From a virus (Duplodnaviria > Caudoviricetes): a stretch of 64,000 bases of DNA. The notes below the pieces were generated by a model, which was given only the letters and a program-made list of their open reading frames with translations, was not told the origin of the DNA and did no database searches. This document shows, in pieces, positions 38,663-48,394 of this stretch. The stretch lies in IMG/VR virus record IMGVR_UViG_3300028591_000070, positions 32,001-96,000 of that record. One strand, written 5' to 3'. Positions within the stretch are counted from its first letter, which is position 1, and every line of letters begins with the position of its first letter. Both the position numbers and the translations under genes were made by a program.

Positions 38663-39865
38663 TTAGTCCCAAGTACCTTCATCTAAGATGAAATCATTGA
38701 AATCAATGAAGCTTGTTGTAGTTGTAATGCTACCATCTTCATGTAAAGTCTTGTTATGAACTTCAAGATAGTTTGTATAAACTGGATTATTCTCAAGAGA
38801 ATTTTCAACAGTTGTAGGAACATCACCCTCAGCAATCTTCTTTCCAAAATGTTTAGCATCAATAGTTGTAGCATCTTCGATAGCAGTTTTAATATCATCT
38901 GTTGTAGTTTTGTTCAAACCAACTTTGATAGTATTTGCAGTCTCGTCTTTTGCTCCAATGTAAAGACCTAAACCATTTGTTTTAGGTGCATCACCATCTT
39001 CATTTGCCAAGATTGGGTCATGGAACTGGTAGTTCATGTGCATTACGTACTTAGCACATACATAGTATTCTACAGTTTCATACTCAACAGGACCTTCACC
39101 TTCTGTTGTGATATTTCCTGTATTAGCCTCAGTTGTTGTTCTCTTAGAAGCATATGCCTTATAAACATGTGATTTATCAGATCCATCATGTTCTTTCTCA
39201 GGGTCACTACAAATAGAAACTACATAAAGGTTTGTATCATCATTTCCACTGTTTTCATCATCGGCGATGTCTAAGCCACCTTCATCATGCTGAACAATGA
39301 ACTGAATACCATCTTCAAGAGTCTTAGCTGTTGAAAGCTCTTCCATCTTAGCATACATTTCTTCGCGATTTGCAACTACGTAAAGACCTTTCTGTTCAAC
39401 TGAGTTCTTAATAACTTCAAGATAACCTGAGTCAAAAGAATTTACAAAGTAAGTCTGGTCCTGGAACTCATGATCTCTTGTGTTAATTACACGAGTTTTA
39501 ATAGCAACTCTGTGTGCCCAAACTTTACCATTTTCATCATAAAGTTCAGTCTTATTTACCTGAGGAGCAGTAGCAAGACCATAAATCTGGTCAGCTCCTT
39601 CATGTTTGTGATACTGATAAGCTGCATCTGTATCATCTGCATCTACGATATCACCATTAGCATTTGTTGGCTGAGCATAGTTGATAAACTCTTCATGAAG
39701 ATATCCATCTGTAACGGCACGAACTGTACCTTCATCATTGATGTAAAGTTCTTTACCATCCTTATCCAAACCATATTTATGTGGGCCAGTTGCATAACCT
39801 TCCTGATATGGAAGAAGATTTGACTCCAATGGTTTGTGAACACCATGTTTAGTAATTCTTTTCAT
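38663..39865 (-). CDS. putative tail fibre/virion protein
   Basis: N-terminus MKRITKHG..P..L..Q.G...KELYINDEG shared with 52492..53049; C-terminal LDEGTWD. Confidence 0.5.
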   Translation of the reverse strand: MKRITKHGVHKPLESNLLPYQEGYATGPHKYGLDKDGKELYINDEGTVRAVTDGYLHEEFINYAQPTNANGDIVDADDTDAAYQYHKHEGADQIYGLATAPQVNKTELYDENGKVWAHRVAIKTRVINTRDHEFQDQTYFVNSFDSGYLEVIKNSVEQKGLYVVANREEMYAKMEELSTAKTLEDGIQFIVQHDEGGLDIADDENSGNDDTNLYVVSICSDPEKEHDGSDKSHVYKAYASKRTTTEANTGNITTEGEGPVEYETVEYYVCAKYVMHMNYQFHDPILANEDGDAPKTNGLGLYIGAKDETANTIKVGLNKTTTDDIKTAIEDATTIDAKHFGKKIAEGDVPTTVENSLENNPVYTNYLEVHNKTLHEDGSITTTTSFIDFNDFILDEGTWD

Positions 39866-39884
39866 TTTATTTCTCCTTTAAAAA

Positions 39885-40358
39885 TTAGTAATCTGCTTCA
39901 CTAAATAGTGGGTTATCCCAACTATGTCCGTCATCAATGTAACGATCATCTATTTCAATCCATCTAGAGTCGTCATCATTTTCAGTAACAATAATACCAT
40001 TACGGCCTTTTACTTTGGTAACTCTTTTGATGTAATCTTTATCAATAGAAATAAATGCTCGACTGGTATTCATTTCTTTTCCAATAATGATTCCTTCACC
40101 TTCATAGACACGAGGCATTATTTTTTCATCATCTAAGTCGATATAAACTGTACCATCTTCTTTATGAACAGTTAAAATATCATTATTGGTACTTTTTCCC
40201 TCAATATGAGCTACTAAAGAACCTTTATCATAGACTGAAACGCCCTGACTTCCATCTTTTTTAGGAAGAATTTCAATGTCTGTGAGGCTATAATCCTGAA
40301 ATCCCTCATCTGGAACATAGTGGTTACCATCATTGAGGTAATATTCTTGGTTTATCAT
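39885..40358 (-). CDS. putative virion protein
   Basis: Repeated EGEGIII/GRNGIIV beta motifs; late motif. Confidence 0.5.
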   Translation of the reverse strand: MINQEYYLNDGNHYVPDEGFQDYSLTDIEILPKKDGSQGVSVYDKGSLVAHIEGKSTNNDILTVHKEDGTVYIDLDDEKIMPRVYEGEGIIIGKEMNTSRAFISIDKDYIKRVTKVKGRNGIIVTENDDDSRWIEIDDRYIDDGHSWDNPLFSEADY

Positions 40359-40404
40359 ACTATAATTAGTTTATACATCCTCAAAATTTCACTAGTTAAT
40401 ATAT

Positions 40405-41022
40405 ATGAATATGAATGGACAAAATAGTTCGACAAAAGTAACCTTACTTACAGGTGGTATGTTTAGTGGTAAAACCAGACGTTTAGTAGATGAATTAGAA
40501 AAGAGAATTTTGGCACACAAAAGTGTATTGTATGTACATCCTTTTAAGGACACACGAGAGAATAAATCTCATCAATCTTTCGTTTCTAAGCATTTGGATG
40601 AACTTATTAGTGATAAGTTGGTTGACATCATTGAAGTAAATGATATTTCAGAAGTAACCAAATTTTTATCTGAAACAGATATCAATTATTCATCTATTTT
40701 TATAGATGAGTACTTTATGATTAAGTTTCAAAATATTGAAGACTTTTTGAATAAAGCAAATGAATTAGAAATTCCAGATATCTATCTAGCAGGTCTTATT
40801 TCAGATGCAAATTGTAAATTGTTTAAGGAAGCAGAAAATGTTTTACCTTATGCAGATGAGATTGTTAAAGCAAATGCAGTTTGTATGGAATGTGGCGCTC
40901 CTGCAAATTATTCCCACTTTATTGGAAACCACTTCAAAAGCGATGATATTAATGTAGATAATGGTTCTTCATATCGTTGTCTTTGTTGGAAGTGTTACGC
41001 CAAAGCCACAAATAGAGTCTAA
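40405..41022 (+). CDS. tdk: thymidine kinase
   Basis: GGMFSGKT, FIDE, AGL, CMECG, YRCLCWKC. Confidence 0.92.
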   Translation: MNMNGQNSSTKVTLLTGGMFSGKTRRLVDELEKRILAHKSVLYVHPFKDTRENKSHQSFVSKHLDELISDKLVDIIEVNDISEVTKFLSETDINYSSIFIDEYFMIKFQNIEDFLNKANELEIPDIYLAGLISDANCKLFKEAENVLPYADEIVKANAVCMECGAPANYSHFIGNHFKSDDINVDNGSSYRCLCWKCYAKATNRV

Positions 41023-41023
41023 T

Positions 41024-41069
41024 TTGAAAATCCTCTTATATTTTAGTATATTCTATATAAGAGGTAAAT
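41024..41069 (+). promoter_or_regulatory. sigma70-type (early) promoter plus SD
   Basis: TTGAAA-17bp-TATATT-CTATATAAGAGGT. Confidence 0.8.
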
Positions 41070-42488
41070 ATGGACAAGCAGAAGATTATTAACGAAGTTC
41101 TCATCCCACTTGAAGATGCCGGTTTTAAAGCATATTTCGTTGGTGGATGTGTTCGCGATGAGCTTTTAGGAAAAGATCCACATGATTATGATGTAGTTAC
41201 TAATGCTCGTCCAGATGATATTCACAGAATTTTCCCAAAAATTATTGATATTAAGTCTGAATCATTTGGTATTGTTGTAATCAATATTGATGGCGAAAAC
41301 ATTGAAATTGCTACTTTCCGTAAAGATAGAGAATGTGATGGTCGTCATGCAGACGTTACTTATGCAGATACTATTGTTGAAGATGCAGAACGTAGAGATT
41401 TTACAATCAATGCTCTTTATCAGGATAAGTATGGCAATATTTATGACCCTACTGGTTTAGGTGAAAATGATATTCAGTATGGATTTATCCGCTTTATTGG
41501 TTCTATGTATGACCGCTGTAAAGAAGATAATCTTCGTATTTTGAGATATTTCAGATTTGCTGCTACTCTTACCCGAAAGGATGGTGGTTTCTTCACTTTT
41601 GCAGAAGATATTGAAGAGATTAAAAATCTTATTGATGACCCCACTTTTATTTTATCTTTTAATCATAGAGTTAGTGGTGAAAGAGTTGGTAAAGAATTAC
41701 GAAAACTTATTTCTGGAAAGAATGCACCAAAGATTATAAATCTTATGTCAAATATTTCTATGAAAATGTTTGATAAGATTTTTCCAAAAGAGTTTTATGA
41801 CTTAGAAAGTCAGCCTACTTATTCAAAGTATCATACAACATCTAATAATCTTGCTCATTCATTAATTGTATTCCATAAAATGTGTGAACTTACTGATAGC
41901 TTTGAATTACGCACTGCTGCACTTTTCCATGATGTTGGAAAATCTGTTTGTCAGGATGATGTTGGCCATGCTTTGGACCATGAAATTGCTTCAGTTGAAA
42001 TCTGTGAGCCTTTTTTGAAAGAAAATTGGAAACTTACAAATCATGAACTCAAGTCAATTATGCATTATATTCGTTACCACATGGATATGCATAAAATTTC
42101 AGAAACAAAGCATCCAGAAAAGATTTGGAAATTTATGTATTCTCATGGGTTTGATGGACTTTTGAAATTACTTGAAGCTGATTGTATTGATGTTCCAGGT
42201 GACTATAATGACTATACAAAATTGGTAAGTCACCCACTCTTCGAGTTCTTTAAGAAAATAGAATATCCTAGTGCTTTTACTGGTCCAGAATTGATGGAAT
42301 TTGTTTCTTCAGGTATATTCTTAGATAAAGGAATTGAAGCTGCAAATGCAGCTTTTGCTCGTGAGCTTATTAAAGCTTATAAGCATGGAGTTACTGGAAA
42401 GGTTATTTCTAAAAAAGCAATATTAAAACAGGCTGCTGAAAGAGTTATTCAGCTCCGTAAAAATGAAGAGGTAAAGAAAGATGCTTAA
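41070..42488 (+). CDS. cca: CCA-adding tRNA nucleotidyltransferase / poly(A) polymerase family with HD domain
   Basis: VGGCVRD, DYDVVT, RRDFTINAL, DNLRILR, VSGERV, ALFHDVGK. Confidence 0.92.
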   Translation: MDKQKIINEVLIPLEDAGFKAYFVGGCVRDELLGKDPHDYDVVTNARPDDIHRIFPKIIDIKSESFGIVVINIDGENIEIATFRKDRECDGRHADVTYADTIVEDAERRDFTINALYQDKYGNIYDPTGLGENDIQYGFIRFIGSMYDRCKEDNLRILRYFRFAATLTRKDGGFFTFAEDIEEIKNLIDDPTFILSFNHRVSGERVGKELRKLISGKNAPKIINLMSNISMKMFDKIFPKEFYDLESQPTYSKYHTTSNNLAHSLIVFHKMCELTDSFELRTAALFHDVGKSVCQDDVGHALDHEIASVEICEPFLKENWKLTNHELKSIMHYIRYHMDMHKISETKHPEKIWKFMYSHGFDGLLKLLEADCIDVPGDYNDYTKLVSHPLFEFFKKIEYPSAFTGPELMEFVSSGIFLDKGIEAANAAFARELIKAYKHGVTGKVISKKAILKQAAERVIQLRKNEEVKKDA

Positions 42489-43497
42489 AGTACTTGCAAC
42501 TTACAAGAATGGAAATCACAGAGTAATTATTGGTGATGATGGTACAAAGATTAAAGAAACATTCAATCCTGATGCCGACCATTTTACTTATGACTTCCCT
42601 GAAAACTTTGATATTCATATCAATAATCGCTGCAATGCAGGCTGTCCTTATTGTCATGAAGGTTCAACAAAAGATGGTGAAGTTCCATCTCTTATAGAGA
42701 TGATTTTCAAGAATAACAATTTTTCTACTGAAAAGAAAGATGGAAGACTTTATTACACTGGAGAAATGACTCCATTTTATAAGTCCCTTCATGCCGGCAC
42801 AGAGATGGCAATTGGTGGTGGTAACATTTTTGAGTCTAAGCCAGAAGAATTTGAAATCTTCCTTGCTGTAAATAAGGCAAAACATATTCTCTCAAATATT
42901 ACTATCAATCAAATCCATATTAAGCCAAACTTTGAAAAAATTAAAAAATGGGTTGATAATGGACTTGTACATGGCATTGGCATTTCTCTTGTAAACTCAA
43001 AAGATGAAGAGTTCTGGAAATGTATTGATCAGCTTGGAGAAAATGTTGTTATCCACACAATTGCAGGTATTTTGACTGAGAAAGATTTGCCATATCTTAA
43101 AGACCGTAAAGTTCTTATTCTCGGCTATAAACATCTTCGCCGTGGAAATGATTATTTCTCAGATGCTATTCAGAAGAATATTGATTGGTTGAAGGACAAC
43201 ATGAAAACAGTTTCTGAAACCGTTAAACTTATGTCTTTTGACTGTCTTGGAATTGAACAGCTTGAGCCTAAGGAAGTTTTGAACATCACAGATGACGAAT
43301 GGAATACTTTGTTCCAGGGTTCTGATACAGATGTAAAGGATGCTGATGGAAATGTTACATGTTCAACAATGTATATCGACCTTGTTGGTGGACCAAAGTG
43401 TGCTCGTATGTCAACTGCTGGTTTGGATAAGCGTTATCCTTTCAGCTATGATGAGCCAATTGAAGAAGTTTTCAAGCGTTCAACAAAAGACTGGTAA
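42481..43497 (+). CDS. radical SAM enzyme
   Basis: DIHINNRCNAGCPYCHE (CxxxCxxC), AIGGG; no obvious SPASM cluster. Confidence 0.92.
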   Translation: MLKVLATYKNGNHRVIIGDDGTKIKETFNPDADHFTYDFPENFDIHINNRCNAGCPYCHEGSTKDGEVPSLIEMIFKNNNFSTEKKDGRLYYTGEMTPFYKSLHAGTEMAIGGGNIFESKPEEFEIFLAVNKAKHILSNITINQIHIKPNFEKIKKWVDNGLVHGIGISLVNSKDEEFWKCIDQLGENVVIHTIAGILTEKDLPYLKDRKVLILGYKHLRRGNDYFSDAIQKNIDWLKDNMKTVSETVKLMSFDCLGIEQLEPKEVLNITDDEWNTLFQGSDTDVKDADGNVTCSTMYIDLVGGPKCARMSTAGLDKRYPFSYDEPIEEVFKRSTKDW

Positions 43498-43545
43498 TTG
43501 ATTTTTCTGGCAAAATTTTGTATAATCTTATATAAGAGGTAATAT
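43498..43545 (+). promoter_or_regulatory. sigma70-type (early) promoter plus SD
   Basis: TTGATT-17bp-TATAAT-CTTATATAAGAGGT. Confidence 0.8.
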
Positions 43546-44112
43546 ATGGATATTAGTGAAATTGATTTGCTTAGAAAATTTATAGAAGAAAAAAATCTTT
43601 CAAGTTTGTATCAAGAATGGCGCAAATCATTTGTTAAAAATTATGAAAATGTATCCGTAAAATTCTATTGTTTACATGGCAAATATGAATTTGAAATTAC
43701 AATTGCCAGAAAACAATTACCTTATTTCGTTGAATGGTCTGAGGAAATTGAGTCAGATTATCCTTTTAAGTCTCGTCTTGAAGTAGAATGGGAAAATGGA
43801 AAGGCTACCTACGAAAGATGGTCTGAAGTTTTCTTGACTGGTAAAGATGTTAAAGCAATTTTCTCAGCTATTGACCATAGTAAAGGAGAGAATGGTTCGA
43901 TTGCTATCTCTAATGGCTCAGTTGAATGGGAATGGACAGAATCTGATTATGGAGTTATTAGCGAATATACTAATGTGTCAGACTCCAAAGATGATGACTC
44001 AGAAATCTGTGGCAATGATTTTGTGCAAGAATGTCAAGATTGGGCATATATTACTAAGAGAAAAGACCCAAACTATAATGATGCTTATATTTGGAATATC
44101 GAGGATAAATAA
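43546..44112 (+). CDS. hypothetical acidic protein
   Basis: 188-aa ORF with SD. Confidence 0.8.
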   Translation: MDISEIDLLRKFIEEKNLSSLYQEWRKSFVKNYENVSVKFYCLHGKYEFEITIARKQLPYFVEWSEEIESDYPFKSRLEVEWENGKATYERWSEVFLTGKDVKAIFSAIDHSKGENGSIAISNGSVEWEWTESDYGVISEYTNVSDSKDDDSEICGNDFVQECQDWAYITKRKDPNYNDAYIWNIEDK

Positions 44113-44393
44113 TGGAAGACAATGACTTTACTCCAATCGAAAAAGATATAATTAACTCCCTTAAGGCAGGTATCTCAACTAAAGAAGACCTTGAACGAGG
44201 TGTAGCTTATTATACAATGCTCTTTGAGCCAGTTTTACTTTCTGCAGAAAAAGCAGTGAAGCAATATACAAAAGTAATGAAAGAAGCAGCTGGTGATGGA
44301 GACTTAACAGAAGATATGATTGCTTACCAAGTAATTGGTCTTCTACAAGACGCTCTAGTTGATAGAATTATTAAAGGATCAAAGAATGGGTAG
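44112..44393 (+). CDS. hypothetical protein
   Basis: TAATG-coupled, GAGG SD. Confidence 0.75.
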   Translation: MEDNDFTPIEKDIINSLKAGISTKEDLERGVAYYTMLFEPVLLSAEKAVKQYTKVMKEAAGDGDLTEDMIAYQVIGLLQDALVDRIIKGSKNG

Positions 44394-44553
44394 GCTGGTA
44401 AGAATTCCAAGTTCTATTTGGATAAAAATGACAAAAGAACAGAAAGAACAGTATTATAAGCAACAGAGAAAAGAAAATATTCTTGTTGGTATTATTGTAA
44501 GCATTACGCTTATTGTGTCATTTACACTTTTATTTTTATGGGGGTTGAAATGA
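44386..44553 (+). CDS. small single-pass membrane protein
   Basis: MGRLVRIP...ILVGIIVSITLIVSFTLLFLWGLK. Confidence 0.65.
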   Translation: MGRLVRIPSSIWIKMTKEQKEQYYKQQRKENILVGIIVSITLIVSFTLLFLWGLK

Positions 44554-45191
44554 AAACAATTAGACCAGGAACATTTGAAACAAATTCTTCAAGCTGTCAC
44601 ACAATTACCCTTAAAGCAACTAAGAAACAGATTGATGAATTCAATGAAGGAAAGAGATGGTATTTTTATAACAGTAATCTTGGATGGAATGACCCTAAAA
44701 GAGAAGCTTTCTTGAATTTTGATGAGCTTTTTGAAGTATTAAATGATGCTGTAAAAAATACAGATGTTGTTGAAAAGACTTATTGCCATGACTATTGCTC
44801 AAGATTCAGCAATTTTGGAATTGATATTTGTGACCTTCCATGGTGGAAGGATGATGAAGTAACCAATAAAGATTATGACAGATTTAAAAAATATTTTGTT
44901 GACAATTTTGATAAGGATATGTTCAGATTTGCTATGGATGATGAATATGATAATCCTAAATATTTTTCAAAAATAATTCTTCGCTCTTTTATTTATTACA
45001 TTTTTGAAGAGTTGGGCTGCCCTATTATGAAGATTGAAAATCTCAGAAATACTTATTCAGAATGTTGCGATAATTCTCAAGTTTTTTGGACTACTTATGG
45101 CAGTAGAAAAACTGATAAGCTCGAGTTTTATAGTGATGGTTGGGCAGACGACCAGCTTATTGAAGTTAATATTGATATGAGAGATAATTAA
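44550..45191 (+). CDS. FETNSS-motif family protein 1
   Basis: MKTIRPGTFETNSSSCH. Confidence 0.88.
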   Translation: MKTIRPGTFETNSSSCHTITLKATKKQIDEFNEGKRWYFYNSNLGWNDPKREAFLNFDELFEVLNDAVKNTDVVEKTYCHDYCSRFSNFGIDICDLPWWKDDEVTNKDYDRFKKYFVDNFDKDMFRFAMDDEYDNPKYFSKIILRSFIYYIFEELGCPIMKIENLRNTYSECCDNSQVFWTTYGSRKTDKLEFYSDGWADDQLIEVNIDMRDN

Positions 45192-45194
45192 CTT

Positions 45195-45605
45195 ATGAAT
45201 ACAATTAGATATGATACTTTTGAAACAAATTCCTCAGCTTGTCATGTTTTAACTCTTATAAAAAAAGAAGAGTTACAAAAGATGTTTGAAGACCAATATG
45301 ATTCAGTAATTCATTTTCCAGACACAGGTGAATATCAAACTGATAATAAGTATGAAATAATGTCTTTAAAAGAAGCTTGGAAACTTTGGGAAAGTCATGT
45401 TGATGAATACAATGAACGATATAAGAATATCGATTTCCATGTTGACCATTATGAAAATGAATATAAATTCAAATCGGCTTTGGATAAAGGAGAACTTTCA
45501 CAAGATGAATTGTTTGGAAAGTTTATGAATTATTCACAATTAATGACTTATATTCCTCCATCACAAGATGCTAATGTAGATATTATGTGGTGGAATTATG
45601 ACTAA
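45195..45605 (+). CDS. FETNSS-motif family protein 2
   Basis: MNTIRYDTFETNSSACH. Confidence 0.88.
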   Translation: MNTIRYDTFETNSSACHVLTLIKKEELQKMFEDQYDSVIHFPDTGEYQTDNKYEIMSLKEAWKLWESHVDEYNERYKNIDFHVDHYENEYKFKSALDKGELSQDELFGKFMNYSQLMTYIPPSQDANVDIMWWNYD

Positions 45606-45619
45606 AAGGAGAAGAAAAT

Positions 45620-46078
45620 ATGAAAACTATTAGATATGGTACCTTTGAGACAAACTCATCAAGTGAGCATTCAGTGTCTCTTTACAATGCAGATGAGATT
45701 AAAGATTTTAAAGAAGGTAGAAAATACTATGATACTTATTATGGATTTCGTTCAATTAAAAATTGGGAAGAAGATCTTAAAAAAACAAAGTATAACATAA
45801 CAGATGAGCAGCTTAAATTGATGTTTGATTGGCTTATTTCTTTTATTAAAGAGAATAAAGATGTAAGCGGTTATGAATTTGATGACTTTGAAGATGAATT
45901 TGATGAGTCATTTACTGAAGATATGATTGCTTTTATCAAAGAGATTATGGTTGACTCAGGTCGTCTCTGGATTTGGGATAACTGGGGATATGGTTATAGT
46001 GAGTCTGACATCGACCAAATTACAACACCTCATGGTGACGTAGTTTATGCTTTGTCATATTCTGGATATTGCGATTAA
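45620..46078 (+). CDS. FETNSS-motif family protein 3
   Basis: MKTIRYGTFETNSSSEH; ends LSYSGYCD. Confidence 0.88.
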   Translation: MKTIRYGTFETNSSSEHSVSLYNADEIKDFKEGRKYYDTYYGFRSIKNWEEDLKKTKYNITDEQLKLMFDWLISFIKENKDVSGYEFDDFEDEFDESFTEDMIAFIKEIMVDSGRLWIWDNWGYGYSESDIDQITTPHGDVVYALSYSGYCD

Positions 46079-46090
46079 AAAGGAGATTTT

Positions 46091-46576
46091 ATGAAAACTA
46101 TTCGATTAAATACTTTTGAGACAAATAGTTCATCTTGTCACTGCCTTGTAATTTGTGGTCAGAATAAGCTGAAAGAATTCAGAGAGCGCAAAGTTATTGC
46201 TTTGTCAGATGTAAGAGTTGATAGTGACTATGATGTAAGAGAAATCACCATTCCTGATGACTACTTTGTTTCTATTGAAGATGCTTTTAATAAGGTTATT
46301 GAGTATCGTGAAGCTAACAAAGATAGCGACAAATGGTCTGTAAAGCAGATTTTGAAATTGGAAAACTTTGATTTTGATAAATTCAAAGCCATCATTTTTG
46401 ATGAAGATGATGACATGGAATCTTATGACATGCTAGATGTTTTGGAAGATGCATTCAATGTGCCTGAAGTATTTATTTCTGGAAGCTATAAATCACCTTT
46501 GGATGCTCATGAAATAACCACACCAAAAGGTATTGAAGGTCCTATTTCAATTATCTCAACTGAAGTGGAGTGCTAA
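46091..46576 (+). CDS. FETNSS-motif family protein 4
   Basis: MKTIRLNTFETNSSSCH; ends IEGPISIISTEVEC. Confidence 0.88.
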   Translation: MKTIRLNTFETNSSSCHCLVICGQNKLKEFRERKVIALSDVRVDSDYDVREITIPDDYFVSIEDAFNKVIEYREANKDSDKWSVKQILKLENFDFDKFKAIIFDEDDDMESYDMLDVLEDAFNVPEVFISGSYKSPLDAHEITTPKGIEGPISIISTEVEC

Positions 46577-46578
46577 AT

Positions 46579-47097
46579 ATGAAAACAGTAAGATTTGGAA
46601 CATTCGAGACAAACAGTTCATCAGCTCATGTTGCTACCATTTGTGGTCAGAAAAAGTTGGAAGAATATAAAGCTCATAAGGCAATTTGTGTTTTTGATTT
46701 CTTTTACAGTGATGAAGAGAGTGGTGAAGTAAATGTTGTGCCTGATAAAGCTTTTAAATCATTTGAAGAAGTTTTAAGTGATATTAAAAAATGGTATGAA
46801 AATCCAGACATTGAAGATGGCAAAGATGAAAGTTATATGGAAATAGCCAAAAAGCTTCTTGATGGTGGATTTACTGCTAAAGACCTTGAAAATTGTCTTG
46901 TAAATGAAGGTTCATTTGGTGATATTGACAATTGGGAAATTCAAGAGCTTCTTGAAGAAGATGTTTATGAAGGAACTCGCATCCATGTATATGATCCTGA
47001 AGGAGAGAGTGAGCCTTTTTCAGCAGAAGAAAGCTTAGTTGGTTTAGCCGAAATTGAAGGTCCTATTGTATCAGTTTGCTCTGAGGTATGTTGCTAA
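46579..47097 (+). CDS. FETNSS-motif family protein 5
   Basis: MKTVRFGTFETNSSSAH; ends IEGPIVSVCSEVCC. Confidence 0.88.
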   Translation: MKTVRFGTFETNSSSAHVATICGQKKLEEYKAHKAICVFDFFYSDEESGEVNVVPDKAFKSFEEVLSDIKKWYENPDIEDGKDESYMEIAKKLLDGGFTAKDLENCLVNEGSFGDIDNWEIQELLEEDVYEGTRIHVYDPEGESEPFSAEESLVGLAEIEGPIVSVCSEVCC

Positions 47098-47098
47098 T

Positions 47099-47692
47099 AT
47101 GAAAACAATAAGAAGAAATACTTTTGAAACAAATAGCTCAAGTTGTCACTGTGTTACTATCATGAAACCTTCTGTTTATGAAGCTGTAAAAGAACAAAAT
47201 TCAGTAGTACACAATGTTTTTAATCATGTTGAAGAATATAGCGAAACTTCTGCAACTATCCACAGTTATGACTTGATTCCTATTAGCGAACTACATGAAG
47301 AATTTCTTCTTGAATATCCTAAGTGTGCTAATATTGAATATTTTAAGGATAACATGGAGTCATATTTTGAAGGAATGTGGGAAGCTTTTGAATCTCTTAT
47401 TCAAGATATCAATTTCTTTAAGAAACTGGTTTTCTTTGAAGAGAAAAAACCTACATTTAAGCTGTCAGAAGTTTATGATGGAAAAATCACCAGAGTTGAC
47501 TCTGAAGAAGATGATTTCAATAAAACTCACACTCCTGAGTGGATTATGGCCTGGATTTTTAGAGCAATTTGTTGTGACAGTAATATAAACTTTTTATCTT
47601 TTAATTTGGATTTTGAGGATGAAAATCTCTCTATTGAAGATTTTGAAAAAGAGGATGGAGTTTATAAAGCCGAGCATGATATTAGTTGCTAA
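47099..47692 (+). CDS. FETNSS-motif family protein 6
   Basis: MKTIRRNTFETNSSSCH; ends EHDISC. Confidence 0.88.
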   Translation: MKTIRRNTFETNSSSCHCVTIMKPSVYEAVKEQNSVVHNVFNHVEEYSETSATIHSYDLIPISELHEEFLLEYPKCANIEYFKDNMESYFEGMWEAFESLIQDINFFKKLVFFEEKKPTFKLSEVYDGKITRVDSEEDDFNKTHTPEWIMAWIFRAICCDSNINFLSFNLDFEDENLSIEDFEKEDGVYKAEHDISC

Positions 47693-47701
47693 GGAGAAAA
47701 A

Positions 47702-48394
47702 ATGAGAACAGTTCGTAGAAATGTATTTGAAACAAACTCATCATCAGTTCACTGTGTAACAATTCTTTCTGATAAAGAATACCAAAATATTAAGAATGGT
47801 AAAGCAGTTCTCGATTACCATGATTATGTGGAAATAACACCACAGTTTATTCGAGAAAAAATTGCAGAAGATAAAAAATATTCTGAGTCTTCAATTGAAG
47901 AATATGAAAAGAACATTAAAAAGTTTGAAAAGCTTATTGATGTAGATACTGGTGACTGGTCTAAAGAAGATAAGAGAACTATTGTTGGATGGACTTGGGA
48001 ACGTCTTTCAGGTTCCGAACTTAAGATTAAGCTTCGTGAATATCTTGAACGAGCTAAAGAACGCATTCAAGAAAATAAAGATTCCATAACAGAAGCAGAC
48101 TCTCTTGATCCTGAAAAGATGGTAAAACTTCTTGAAAGAATGATTCCAGATCTTGAAAGACTCAAGGAAGAATATAATGATTATGATGATGATGAAGAAG
48201 ACGACGATGAAGATATTCTTTCTGCCGATGACTATGGATGCTCTGAAGAAGAGTTTAATTGGGCTGTTGAGTTCTTAAATGATAAAGATAATATCGATAC
48301 TTACGGTAGTGAATATGATGAATCTAGCTATGATTCGCGCACTATTGATGGTGTAACTGTTCATGTACTCTCATATTCAGGACGCGATGGCTGA
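47702..48394 (+). CDS. FETNSS-motif family protein 7
   Basis: MRTVRRNVFETNSSSVH; ends LSYSGRDG. Confidence 0.88.
   Translation: MRTVRRNVFETNSSSVHCVTILSDKEYQNIKNGKAVLDYHDYVEITPQFIREKIAEDKKYSESSIEEYEKNIKKFEKLIDVDTGDWSKEDKRTIVGWTWERLSGSELKIKLREYLERAKERIQENKDSITEADSLDPEKMVKLLERMIPDLERLKEEYNDYDDDEEDDDEDILSADDYGCSEEEFNWAVEFLNDKDNIDTYGSEYDESSYDSRTIDGVTVHVLSYSGRDG

Noticed and set aside
44550-48394. CRISPR-like or DNA-level repeat array at the recurring tttgaaacaaa sequence
   Set aside because: The units are protein-coding with synonymous variation and 400-700 bp spacing.
44550-48394. Diversity-generating retroelement as source of paralog variation
   Set aside because: No reverse transcriptase and no template/variable repeat pair with adenine-specific differences seen in the window.
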